Source of the DNA: a virus
Virus record (IMG/VR): IMGVR_UViG_3300045988_067427
Span: 1 to 31,317 of that record
Reading direction: 5' to 3' (one strand)
DNA: 31,317 nucleotides
Shown here piece after piece: positions 21,403 through 30,219 of the stretch. How positions within the stretch are numbered: position 1 is the first letter of the stretch; each line of letters opens with the position of its first letter. The position numbers and the translations under genes are program-made. The notes under the pieces are model-generated. The model worked only from the letters and a program-made list of their open reading frames with translations, ran no database searches and was not told where the DNA came from.

Positions 21403-22085
21403 CGATTAAGACTAAGTCGTTTAAGGTTAAAGCAGAAGAGTCTAAGTCCAGTACTGGTGTGTTCACTGGGTACGCGTCGGTATTCGGTAACGTCGACTCG
21501 TATGGTGACGTCATGGTGCAGGGTGCGTTCGCTGACACCCTGAAAGAATGGGAAGGCCGGAAGATTCCAGTCTTCTATGGACATGACCTCACTGACCCGA
21601 TGAATAATATTGGCTACGTCGAGAGTGCCGAGGAAGACGACACCGGACTGCTTGTCAGGTGTGTGGTCGACACTGAGGGTCCGGGTAACGGGCCTGTCGT
21701 ATATAAGCTTTTGAAGGAAGGCCGAATCGACCGCATGTCGTTCGGCTTCTACGTTAATGACGCAGATCACAAGGACGGCAAGACTTACATTAAGAGTGTG
21801 TCGCTGCTTGAGGTGTCTGTGGTCCCTGCCCCAGCTAATGCTGAGGCAGCTATTACTGACGTCAAGTCTAAGAAGGAGACAGCAGAAGTGACTGCTGAAG
21901 AGATTGCTGAGCTTGTGGTCAAGCCGATTATCGAAGCGCTTGAGTCCAAGCTCGATGAGTATTTCGATGAGGAAGACAAGCCTGAGGATAAGCCGTCTGA
22001 TAAGCCTGAGGATAAGCCTGAGGATAAGCCTGCTGATGATCAGGCTAAGTCTATTCTAGCTGAGATTAAGGGGTTGTTTGAGTGA
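21393..22085 (+). CDS. HK97-family prohead protease with repeat-containing C-terminal tail
   Basis: FTGYASVFGNVDSYGDVMVQGAF is typical of S78 prohead proteases. TTG start overlapping the portal stop. The C-terminus carries (E/S)DKP x5. Confidence 0.85.
   Translation: MGVAIKTKSFKVKAEESKSSTGVFTGYASVFGNVDSYGDVMVQGAFADTLKEWEGRKIPVFYGHDLTDPMNNIGYVESAEEDDTGLLVRCVVDTEGPGNGPVVYKLLKEGRIDRMSFGFYVNDADHKDGKTYIKSVSLLEVSVVPAPANAEAAITDVKSKKETAEVTAEEIAELVVKPIIEALESKLDEYFDEEDKPEDKPSDKPEDKPEDKPADDQAKSILAEIKGLFE
21972..22031 (+). repeat. Five tandem 12-nt units (gaRgaYaagccN) encoding (E/S)DKP
   Basis: gaagacaagcct gaggataagccg tctgataagcct gaggataagcct gaggataagcct. Confidence 0.9.
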
Positions 22086-23266
22086 GCGGGATTGAAGAGC
22101 TGCGAGTTAAGGCAGCTGAGATCAAGGGACGGCTGAAGGCCGTTGAGGAGTCCGGTGTTGTGGGTAAAGACACCGAGTCTCTGGTGGAAGAGTACAAGGC
22201 CACTGTGGCCAAGATCAAGTCCTTCGAGGGTAACGGGGACGCTATCAATGAACTGAAAGGAAATTCTGTGGCAGTTGAGCGCGAGGCTAAGTCTCTGGGT
22301 GCGCACTTCGTTAAGCACTTCGGTCCTGAGCTTGCTCGGGTCAAGGGCCGTGACAATTTCTCGGTGAATGGTCCCGAGTTCAAGGGTGCTGAGGATTGGC
22401 ACCTGACTTGGGATTCCCTGATCGGTTTTGATACCGATTACGATAAGGCCGCCCACTACGCTCAGCCCCCGCTGTATGTCGGTGATCTCTTCGCTCAGGG
22501 TAACACCGACAGCGCTGCTGTGGCCTGGCTCGAGGATAGCGCGGTTGAGGGCGACGCTGGCCCGACTTCGCAGGGTGCCAAGAAGAGCAACATTCACTTC
22601 GTTAACCCGAAGACGAATATTGAGGCTCTGAAGAAGATCACCGGTGTCCTGGCCTTCTCTGACGAGATGCTTGAGGATCATGCGTGGCTGGCCTCGCACG
22701 TTAATCAGCGTGGCGTGTACCGTATCGCTGTTGCTGAAGAGAACCAGATTCTGAATGGTTCCGGTCAGAATGGTCAGCTTCAGGGCGTCCTGACCAAGAA
22801 CGGTATCCTGGCCCGTGAGGTTGATAAGACCGCCACCACTGCTGAGTTTGGTGAGGCGATTCTGGGTGGCGCTATGAACGTCCTTCAGGAGAGTGGCTTC
22901 CCGGCTGACGCTATCGTGATCAACCCCCAGGACTACGCTGCTCAGCGTCTGGCTAAGGACAGCAACGGTCAGTACTTCGGTGGCGGTGCGTTCACCGGTG
23001 CGTACGGCAACGGCCAGGTTCAGATTGTGCCTTCGCTGTGGGGCCTGAACACCGTTATCTCCCCGCGTATCGCTGCTGGCACTGCTCTGGTTGGTGCGTT
23101 CAAGGCTGGCGGTATGCTTGTCCGTAAGGGCGGTGTCAGGATTGAGGCGACGAATTCTCACGCTGACCTGTTCGTGTCTGACGTGACTGTGGTCCGCATG
23201 GAGATCCGTGAGCTGTTGACCGTGACTCAGCCGAAAGCTTTCTGCAAGGTTTCTCGCAAGGCCTGA
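22082..23266 (+). CDS. Major capsid protein, HK97 fold
   Basis: GTGA overlap with the protease stop. N-terminal coiled-coil delta-like domain. The C-terminal pattern TALVGAF...VRIEATNSHADLFVSDVTVVRMEIRELLTV is typical of HK97-family capsids. Confidence 0.9.
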   Translation: MSGIEELRVKAAEIKGRLKAVEESGVVGKDTESLVEEYKATVAKIKSFEGNGDAINELKGNSVAVEREAKSLGAHFVKHFGPELARVKGRDNFSVNGPEFKGAEDWHLTWDSLIGFDTDYDKAAHYAQPPLYVGDLFAQGNTDSAAVAWLEDSAVEGDAGPTSQGAKKSNIHFVNPKTNIEALKKITGVLAFSDEMLEDHAWLASHVNQRGVYRIAVAEENQILNGSGQNGQLQGVLTKNGILAREVDKTATTAEFGEAILGGAMNVLQESGFPADAIVINPQDYAAQRLAKDSNGQYFGGGAFTGAYGNGQVQIVPSLWGLNTVISPRIAAGTALVGAFKAGGMLVRKGGVRIEATNSHADLFVSDVTVVRMEIRELLTVTQPKAFCKVSRKA

Positions 23267-23268
23267 TC

Positions 23269-23799
23269 GTGGATCTTATTGGGGCTGATACTCTGGAAGC
23301 CCTAAGTAAGGGGGTCATCAAAAAGGATGACCCCCTTACCCCTATTCTTATTAGGCAGGCTTCCGGACTTATTAGGGAATTCTGTGAATGGCATATCTAC
23401 CCTTTGATCACTGAGACTAAGCGGGTAGATCATAAGGGTGGACGCTTTATTAAGCTGCCCACACTGATGCTTCAGGATGAGCCTACGATCGAGTACCTAG
23501 GCCACGAGCGTGTGGTTCAGGAATGGTCTGAAGCTGGTATGTGTAGGCTGAGTGATCCACTGCCTGCTGCTATGGGGGCTATTCAGGCTACGATGACTCA
23601 TGGTTATAGTGAGCTGCCTGCTACTGTGGAGGTAGTTATGGCGTCTATTATTGTAGCTTCTAGGACTGCTCCGGTGGGTATCAATCAAGCTGCCGTGGGC
23701 TCAGTATCGAGTACGTTTGAAGTTCCTGGTGGGGGTATTCGATTGAGCGCTTATGCTAAGCGGGCACTTGATGGTTTTAGGTTGGTGTATCGTCCTTGA
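23269..23799 (+). CDS. Head-tail connector (gp6-like), positional call
   Basis: 176 aa with a GTG start, first gene after the capsid gene. Confidence 0.55.
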   Translation: MDLIGADTLEALSKGVIKKDDPLTPILIRQASGLIREFCEWHIYPLITETKRVDHKGGRFIKLPTLMLQDEPTIEYLGHERVVQEWSEAGMCRLSDPLPAAMGAIQATMTHGYSELPATVEVVMASIIVASRTAPVGINQAAVGSVSSTFEVPGGGIRLSAYAKRALDGFRLVYRP

Positions 23800-24176
23800 G
23801 CTTTCCCTTTCTAACTAATGGTTATATCTGGGTGGCTCGACTTCAGGACAAGTATGATGACCGGGGTAATCTGATTCAAGACCAGGTTGCTAAGGAGTTC
23901 ACTATCCAGGGCTGCTCTATTCAGCAACCTAGTGCTGCTGAGCTGTCTGGTGATAGGCAGGGTGACGGTCAGTGGACGTACACGGTGTACGCCCCGCTGA
24001 CTGCTAGTGTCCAGGCTAAGGACCTGGTCATCTTGAGCTGGGACCACAAAGGTACGCCGGGAGAATGGTTCAACAAGACCACACCTGTGTACCGTGTGTC
24101 CGGAGTTCCCGGCGTGTGGTCTTATGACTACCTCGGCCTTAGCCACCAGGTGATTAAGCTTGTGGCGGTGGACTGA
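23796..24176 (+). CDS. Head-closure / head-tail adaptor, positional call
   Basis: 126 aa with a TTG start overlapping the upstream stop. Confidence 0.5.
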   Translation: MSFPFLTNGYIWVARLQDKYDDRGNLIQDQVAKEFTIQGCSIQQPSAAELSGDRQGDGQWTYTVYAPLTASVQAKDLVILSWDHKGTPGEWFNKTTPVYRVSGVPGVWSYDYLGLSHQVIKLVAVD

Positions 24177-24442
24177 TGCTTGAGCGTCTCGAATTCAACG
24201 ATGAGGGATTCCAGGCTATGCTTAAGTCAGATGAGGTCGCCTCAGTCCTGAACGATATGGCCCAGAAGATATGTGACCAGGCTAATGACAACGCTGGCCG
24301 TGATGACGCGTTTGAGTGGTCGGGGTATGTGGGCCAGACTAGAGCTAGGGCTACGGTGAGGCCGGCTAGCTTTTATGGAGCTAAGTCAGAGGCTGATGAC
24401 AAGACTTTGACTAGTGCGTTTGGGAGTTATACTCATGGGTAA
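24176..24442 (+). CDS. Neck protein (HK97 gp10-like), positional call
   Basis: 88 aa with an ATGA-type overlap to the upstream gene. Confidence 0.5.
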   Translation: MLERLEFNDEGFQAMLKSDEVASVLNDMAQKICDQANDNAGRDDAFEWSGYVGQTRARATVRPASFYGAKSEADDKTLTSAFGSYTHG

Positions 24443-24854
24443 TTTCGTTGCTGAGTTCCCTGACGCTGAGGCTGCCTGTATTATGGGGCTGCGGGCCCAT
24501 CTACAGGGGGTACCTGTCAGGCAGCAGGCAGACAAGCTAGGAACTCGTCAGTGTGTGGTCAAGCTGACTAGCTCGGGTACTCGTCTGGATCCCCGCAGGG
24601 TTAGGGTGCAGTTGACTGTAACGTGCTGGGGTAAGGACAATACTGACAGCACCGAAGCGTTTGACCTTGCAGCTAAATGCCTTAATTGGGTTGAAGAGAG
24701 ACCTTATTATGGGCATATGGGTAAATATCCTTGCCATAAAGTCGATATTGTTTCTTACCCTTATTTTGATCCTGACAGTAGTCAGACGACTGGTGGTTCA
24801 GGTATCGCTCGATATTCTTTTACATTCCGCACTATTCTAGCAGGAGTTAACTAA
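24435..24854 (+). CDS. Tail terminator / tail completion protein, positional call
   Basis: Track ORF 24414..24854 trimmed to ATG 24435, which has GGGAG 9 nt upstream. 139 aa. Confidence 0.55.
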   Translation: MGNFVAEFPDAEAACIMGLRAHLQGVPVRQQADKLGTRQCVVKLTSSGTRLDPRRVRVQLTVTCWGKDNTDSTEAFDLAAKCLNWVEERPYYGHMGKYPCHKVDIVSYPYFDPDSSQTTGGSGIARYSFTFRTILAGVN

Positions 24855-25445
24855 ATGGCTGTAAACAACCGTAATGTGCTGGCAGGTCGCCCGGATCAGG
24901 CTGTGACGGGGGCTATTCTGTCCACTACTACTCTGGTGACTACGCTGCCCTCTGATTTGTACAACCTTGATCTGGGTACACTTAAGCTGACTGACTCGGG
25001 TTATGTTAGTGACGCTGGGCTGACTCTGTCAGTTAAGCGTTCAACTAACGACATCAAGGACTGGTCTCAGTCTGTGGTTAAGAAGATCTTGAGTGAATTC
25101 TCTGGTACCATTAAGTGGTCTCACCTTGAGGTGTCTGAGGGTTCCGCGAAGAACTTCTTCGGTGAGAACAACGTCACGGTCACACCGAAGACGACTTCGC
25201 AGGGTACTCGCCTGTTGATGAAACTTCGCGCTGACGAGCTGCCTCACAAGACCTGGTGCTTCCGTATGAAGGATGGCGACGCTAAGATCGTCATCTGGGT
25301 GCCTGACGGTCAGATTACTGAGGCGGACGATATCACGTTTGCTGCTAGTGACGCGATCAAGTTGCCTGTGACTCTGACGTGTTACCCTGATGCTCAGGGT
25401 AACTCTCTGTACATCGCCACTGATGACGGGGTGACTGGGGCGTGA
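24855..25445 (+). CDS. Major tail (tube) protein
   Basis: 196 aa, immediately upstream of the chaperone pair and the tape measure. TAAATG junction. Confidence 0.7.
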   Translation: MAVNNRNVLAGRPDQAVTGAILSTTTLVTTLPSDLYNLDLGTLKLTDSGYVSDAGLTLSVKRSTNDIKDWSQSVVKKILSEFSGTIKWSHLEVSEGSAKNFFGENNVTVTPKTTSQGTRLLMKLRADELPHKTWCFRMKDGDAKIVIWVPDGQITEADDITFAASDAIKLPVTLTCYPDAQGNSLYIATDDGVTGA

Positions 25446-25771
25446 GCAAGGTCTTTCAGCTTGACGGCCCTAAGGCTACGGATAACTTCAAATTCCGTAT
25501 GCCTGGGTCTAAAGTTACTCACGAATTGCCGTCGCTTCAGAAACTCCCTGTGGGTATTCGGAAGCGCATGGGTGATCTGGCTGGGGCTATTCAGGCTCAG
25601 CAGGAGCGTGGTAAGAAACCTACAAGCAAGCAGACTTCCGAGTTGCTTGACTTCCAGCTGGACCTGCTTGAGCACTATGTGCCAGGGGTTACTAGCCAGC
25701 TCGACGACGATATGTTTATGGCCCTGATGGAGGCGTGGAAAGAGCATTCTGAAATCAGCATGGGGGAATAG
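25442..25771 (+). CDS. Tail assembly chaperone (G-like)
   Basis: 109 aa with a GTGA overlap to the tube gene. Ends at a G-run slippery site. Confidence 0.75.
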   Translation: MSKVFQLDGPKATDNFKFRMPGSKVTHELPSLQKLPVGIRKRMGDLAGAIQAQQERGKKPTSKQTSELLDFQLDLLEHYVPGVTSQLDDDMFMALMEAWKEHSEISMGE

Positions 25772-26136
25772 TAAGGCTAGTGGGTGTGTGGCATAATCAC
25801 CCACTAGCCTTAGAGCGTGAGCTCATTGGGCTAGGTTTGAGGTCCCGTCAGGTAGGCACAGATGAGCTTACTTGGCGGGACCTTCAGGCTATAGTCAACC
25901 ATGCTGAGCCAGGAGGGCCGCTGGCTAACAGTCTCGGCTACGTGTGGACCACAGACGGCTATATGTTGGCTAATATATATGACGTATTAGCTGAGGCTAA
26001 CTGGCAGAGATCTGGGAAGTCTAGTGAGCCACACCCCAAGCCTATTAGGCGCCCTAACGAAGTTAGGGATGATGAGAAATCGTTTGGGTATGACCCTATT
26101 CCTTTGAGTGAGTTTAATGATTGGTGGGATAGTTAA
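25442..26136 (+). CDS. Tail assembly chaperone, -1 frameshift product (G-T-like)
   Basis: The -1 frame is open from 25753 and continues through track ORF 25780..26136. The only shift window contains GGGGGAA (25762-25768), immediately before the G-frame stop TAG (25769-25771). Confidence 0.6.
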
Positions 26137-28490
26137 TGGCTTCTGTTGAACTAGCTACAGGTTACTATCAGCTAGTGCCTTCAATGAAAGGCAACAAGGA
26201 AGCTATTGTTGGAGAGATCACTGGTGCTGTAAACGAAGGGTCCGATAAGGCTGGCAAAGAAGGTGGAGCTAGGCTATCTACCAGGCTAGCTGAAGGGCTT
26301 AAGGGTAGCTCTCTTGCAGCCCTTGGTGCAGGTGTGGCTGCGGGTATTGGCGCTGCCCTCTACAAAGTTGGTGAGACTTTCGATGAGGTCACTGACACTA
26401 TCCGAACGGGTACTGGTGCTACTGGTGAGGCTCTCGATGGTCTAGTCGACGTTGCTAAGCGTGTGGGCTCTACTACACCAGCTGAGTTCTCCAAGATAGC
26501 TCCCGTTGTTGCTGACTTGAATACTAGGCTGGGCTTGACTGGCGAGGACCTCGAGACTGTGGCTAAGCAGGTTCTTGAGGCTGGCCGGCTGCTGGGTCAG
26601 GATGTCGATATCAGCAAGACCACAGCAGCATTCAGTGCTTTTGGCCTTGAGGCTAAGCAGATTCCTGGAGCTATGGATGATCTGTTCCGGGTCAGCCAGG
26701 CTACTGGTTTAGGCTTCAATGATCTAGCCCAGAAAACCGCTCAGGCTGCGCCTACAATGAAGGCTCTTGGATTCGGATTCCAAGATACAGCGGCTATGAT
26801 CGGTGCGTTTGATAAAGCCGGTTTGAATTCAAGCCAGATCATGACCTCCATGACTAAGGGCTTGACCACGCTGGCTAAGTCTGGTGAGGAACCTAAGGAA
26901 GCCTTCAAGCGAGTTACCGGTGAAATCAGTGGCTATATCCAGACAGGTAATGAAGCTGCCGCACTTAAACTAGCTAGCAAGCTGTTCGGCACTAAAGGTG
27001 CAACCCAGTTTGTGGAGGCACTAAAGCAGGGCAAGATCGGCGCTGAGGACATGATGAAGTCCATCGGCGCTACTGACGACACTATTCTTGGTGTGGCCGG
27101 TGAGACGTCGGACTTCGCCGAGAAGTGGCAGATAGTTCAGAACAATGCTCAGCTCGCCTTGGAGCCACTGGGCTCAGCGGTGTTCAGTACTCTTGCTGAT
27201 GTCTTGTCAGCTATGGCGCCTACTCTCCAGGATATAGGTAACTGGCTGAAAGAGAACACATGGGCGTTCGGAGCTCTGGGTGCAGCTATTGCTGGTATCT
27301 TGATTCCCGCCTTCGTTACTTGGGTGGCAGGTATCTGGGCGTCTACGGCAGCTCTTCTTGCCAGCCCTATCACGTGGATTGTGGTAGGTATAGCGGCTCT
27401 CGCTGCGGGCCTGGTCCTCCTGATTGCTAACTGGCAGGCTGTATCTGATTTCATCGGTGGTGTGTGGAACGCTACTGTGGAAGGAGCTGGGCACCTGTGG
27501 GAAGACTTCGTCAGAGGCCTGACGGAGTTTGCGACCGGCATTGGTCAGTGGTTCATGGAGGGTCTAGCTGGGGCTGGGCAGCAGATTGCTGAGTTCTTTG
27601 CTGGCCTACCTCAGATGATCCTCGACGGTCTAGCCGCTCTGGGCGAGGTTACCCTCATGATTGTGGGGTTCTCTATAGGAATCTTCGCTGGCCTGATTGT
27701 GGGCTTCGTTCAATTCCTCGGGTACATTCCGGGATGGCTCGCGTCTGTGGGTGAGTGGCTAATGTCTCTCCCCGGCAAGGTCCTGGAGTGGCTCGCTGGT
27801 CTTGGCCAGCTTGCTGGTAAAGCCGCTGAGTGGTTTGGCGGGTTCTTCCAGAGTATGGTCCGCAAGGGTGGCGAGATTATCGAGTGGGTTAAGCAACTGC
27901 CTGGCAAGATCATTGGAGGCATAGCTTCGCTGGCATCAAGCCTACCACAGAAAGCCTCTGAGGCTTGGAACGGATTCCTGCGTAAGGCTCAGGAACTTGG
28001 TGGCCAGGTGGCTGAATTCGCTCGCTCACTGCCAGGTAAAATCACTGGGGCTCTAGGCGATCTAGGTAGCCTTCTGGTCAGGTCTGGTGGCGCTCTTGTG
28101 GATGGCTTCTTGCGAGGTATCCAGGGAGCATGGAACTCCCTTGTGGGCTGGGTCAAGCAGGGTATGGACTGGTTGCGTGGTCTGTGGCCTTTCTCTCCTG
28201 CTAAGTGGGGGCCTTTCTCGGGTAAGGGCTACGTGACTCATTCAGGTAAAGCGATTATCCGTGACTTCGCAGATAGCCTCAAGAATGAACAACCTTATCT
28301 GCTTGATTCTGCTAAGAGTGTCATGGGTGACTTCCGTGACAACTTCAGCACTAACCTGAATGGCGCTCAACCTGCTTATGCAGGCGCTAATGCTGGGGGT
28401 ACAGCCAGTAAGGTCAACGTCAACGCCTATAGCAGCGATCCATACGCTACTGCTGAGGAAGTTGCCCGGCAGCTGAGGAGATTGATGTGA
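26136..28490 (+). CDS. Tape measure protein
   Basis: 784 aa, Ala/Gly-rich, with central hydrophobic helices. Canonical position. Confidence 0.9.
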   Translation: MASVELATGYYQLVPSMKGNKEAIVGEITGAVNEGSDKAGKEGGARLSTRLAEGLKGSSLAALGAGVAAGIGAALYKVGETFDEVTDTIRTGTGATGEALDGLVDVAKRVGSTTPAEFSKIAPVVADLNTRLGLTGEDLETVAKQVLEAGRLLGQDVDISKTTAAFSAFGLEAKQIPGAMDDLFRVSQATGLGFNDLAQKTAQAAPTMKALGFGFQDTAAMIGAFDKAGLNSSQIMTSMTKGLTTLAKSGEEPKEAFKRVTGEISGYIQTGNEAAALKLASKLFGTKGATQFVEALKQGKIGAEDMMKSIGATDDTILGVAGETSDFAEKWQIVQNNAQLALEPLGSAVFSTLADVLSAMAPTLQDIGNWLKENTWAFGALGAAIAGILIPAFVTWVAGIWASTAALLASPITWIVVGIAALAAGLVLLIANWQAVSDFIGGVWNATVEGAGHLWEDFVRGLTEFATGIGQWFMEGLAGAGQQIAEFFAGLPQMILDGLAALGEVTLMIVGFSIGIFAGLIVGFVQFLGYIPGWLASVGEWLMSLPGKVLEWLAGLGQLAGKAAEWFGGFFQSMVRKGGEIIEWVKQLPGKIIGGIASLASSLPQKASEAWNGFLRKAQELGGQVAEFARSLPGKITGALGDLGSLLVRSGGALVDGFLRGIQGAWNSLVGWVKQGMDWLRGLWPFSPAKWGPFSGKGYVTHSGKAIIRDFADSLKNEQPYLLDSAKSVMGDFRDNFSTNLNGAQPAYAGANAGGTASKVNVNAYSSDPYATAEEVARQLRRLM

Positions 28491-29329
28491 AAGAAGTCAC
28501 GTGGAATGGCCACGTGATCAACGGTGGGGACTGGGTTGTGAGCGAGTGCAAGCTCTTCGGCTCAGCCCCTGCCGTTGCGCAGAGTGGCCAGCGTGTGGGC
28601 TATGATGGTATATGGCGTACTAAAGCCTACCACGGCGCTAAGTCCGGTGCTATCAAGGGCTATTATGTAGGGCAGTCTCTGGAGGATGCTGAGGAGGCCA
28701 TGGAGACTCTCCTGAGTATCGCGGATATTAATACCTCACCTCTGACTGTTAATACGCCTCGTGGCCCGAAAACAATGTATGTGGCCCGGGATAGCGCTCT
28801 GGATATAACGTTCCTGGCTAACGGGTCAGCATTTGAGTGGGGGGCCACACTGATAGCTCCTGACCCTGTGTGGTGGCGTGGAGGTCAGACTCCGGATGGC
28901 CAGATCGATGATCAGTATACAGCTAAGCATAGGTTGTACCTACCCAATCTAACTGGCGGTATTAAGTTCCCTCTAAAATACCCTATATCTTTCTTGGAGT
29001 CGGGTAACTATGGGTCGGTCACGGTAAGTTCTGGCTACCGTAACAGGGTTAGTCTTAAGCTTTACGGCTATGTGCAGATACCGTCTGTGATCTTCTCTGG
29101 TCCTGGTGGGGCTGGCCGTTTGCGGTGGGACTTTACCCTACAGCAAGATGAGTGGTTAGATATTGATTTAACTAACCGCACGTCACTTAGGCAGGGCCAG
29201 TCTGCTGCTGCCCCCACTATTAGGGAATGGCCTGAGCTTGGTCGGGGTGAATTGACTATTGGGTTCAGGTCTGATGTGTATTCCCCTACCGCTTATCTTG
29301 ATGTAATTGTGAGACAGGTGACTATATAA
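28487..29329 (+). CDS. Distal tail protein (Dit-like), positional call
   Basis: 280 aa with a GTGA overlap to the tape measure stop. Confidence 0.6.
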   Translation: MKEVTWNGHVINGGDWVVSECKLFGSAPAVAQSGQRVGYDGIWRTKAYHGAKSGAIKGYYVGQSLEDAEEAMETLLSIADINTSPLTVNTPRGPKTMYVARDSALDITFLANGSAFEWGATLIAPDPVWWRGGQTPDGQIDDQYTAKHRLYLPNLTGGIKFPLKYPISFLESGNYGSVTVSSGYRNRVSLKLYGYVQIPSVIFSGPGGAGRLRWDFTLQQDEWLDIDLTNRTSLRQGQSAAAPTIREWPELGRGELTIGFRSDVYSPTAYLDVIVRQVTI

Positions 29330-30219
29330 TGGCTCTTGATGGAGTGCTACCTATTGGTGGCAATGTATCTATTAATGCCGCGGAGTTTAGGCGGCTTGAT
29401 GTGGGCTCTACTATGGTCCACGACACTCACCCTCTGGCATGTAGGCCAGGGGTTACGTCTGGTATGACACCTAGCCTCAATGGCAGTCAGGTTCGTGTCA
29501 GCTCTGGCACGGCTATTGTGACGCCTGTGGCCTCGAATAATGGTAGTTACAGGGTTAGCAACGTCGATGATGTTAGCTTGCCTCTGTACGCTAAGGACAC
29601 GTCTTACCCGCGCACTGATATTCTGGTGCTGAAAGTTTATGACGGTACTGTGGACGGTTCTAACCAGTACAAGGCTGCGTTTGAGATGATTAAAGGCACG
29701 GCGTCGGCTAGCTTCCCTACGCCAGCTACGCCGTCTGGTGCACTGCTTCTAGCGCGTATCATAGTGTCTACTACCGGTAGCCCTACGATTTACGATGCTA
29801 GGCAGTATACCTGTGCGGTGGGCGGTACTATCCCGTGCTATTCGAATAGCCGGCCCACAACGTGGTTCCTCCAGAGGGGCCAACGCATTTATGAGCTGGA
29901 CACCAACAAGGTTATGTTGTGGACTGGTAGTTCTTGGCGTGAGGATACGGTGATTCCTCAGGTTACTCTGCCCCGTATACCAGCTATTGCGTCGGGTACG
30001 GTGACGGCTAGTAGTGCTGGGCCTGCTGTATTCACTATTCAGTTCCCGCCAGGGCGGTTTAGTAGCGCCCCTCGTGTTGTGGCCTCGGTTAGGTCGGCTT
30101 CAGGTGACTTCACGTGGGATACGCCCAAACCATACAACGTCACTGCGACACAATTCCAGATGTTCGTCAAGAATGGTCGTGGTTGTGACTTCGACTGGAT
30201 AGCGATCGAGAACGGCTAA
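29329..30219 (+). CDS. Minor tail protein
   Basis: 296 aa with a TAATG junction. The N-terminal pattern (VRVSSGTAIV...YPRTDILVLKVYDG...LLLARIIV) is seen in actinophage tail and receptor-binding proteins. Confidence 0.65.
   Translation: MALDGVLPIGGNVSINAAEFRRLDVGSTMVHDTHPLACRPGVTSGMTPSLNGSQVRVSSGTAIVTPVASNNGSYRVSNVDDVSLPLYAKDTSYPRTDILVLKVYDGTVDGSNQYKAAFEMIKGTASASFPTPATPSGALLLARIIVSTTGSPTIYDARQYTCAVGGTIPCYSNSRPTTWFLQRGQRIYELDTNKVMLWTGSSWREDTVIPQVTLPRIPAIASGTVTASSAGPAVFTIQFPPGRFSSAPRVVASVRSASGDFTWDTPKPYNVTATQFQMFVKNGRGCDFDWIAIENG

Noticed and set aside
22040-23161. 373-aa ORF on the - strand antisense to the major capsid gene, plus nested ORF 22066..22383.
   Set aside because: Low-complexity, Leu/Ser/Thr/Arg-rich translation with no start context. 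It lies wholly inside a well-supported HK97-type capsid gene within a uniformly + strand operon. An antisense artefact of codon bias.
27149-27541. - strand ORFs (130 aa and 95 aa) inside the tape measure gene.
   Set aside because: They are antisense to a long, compositionally biased Ala/Gly-rich gene and are typical shadow ORFs.
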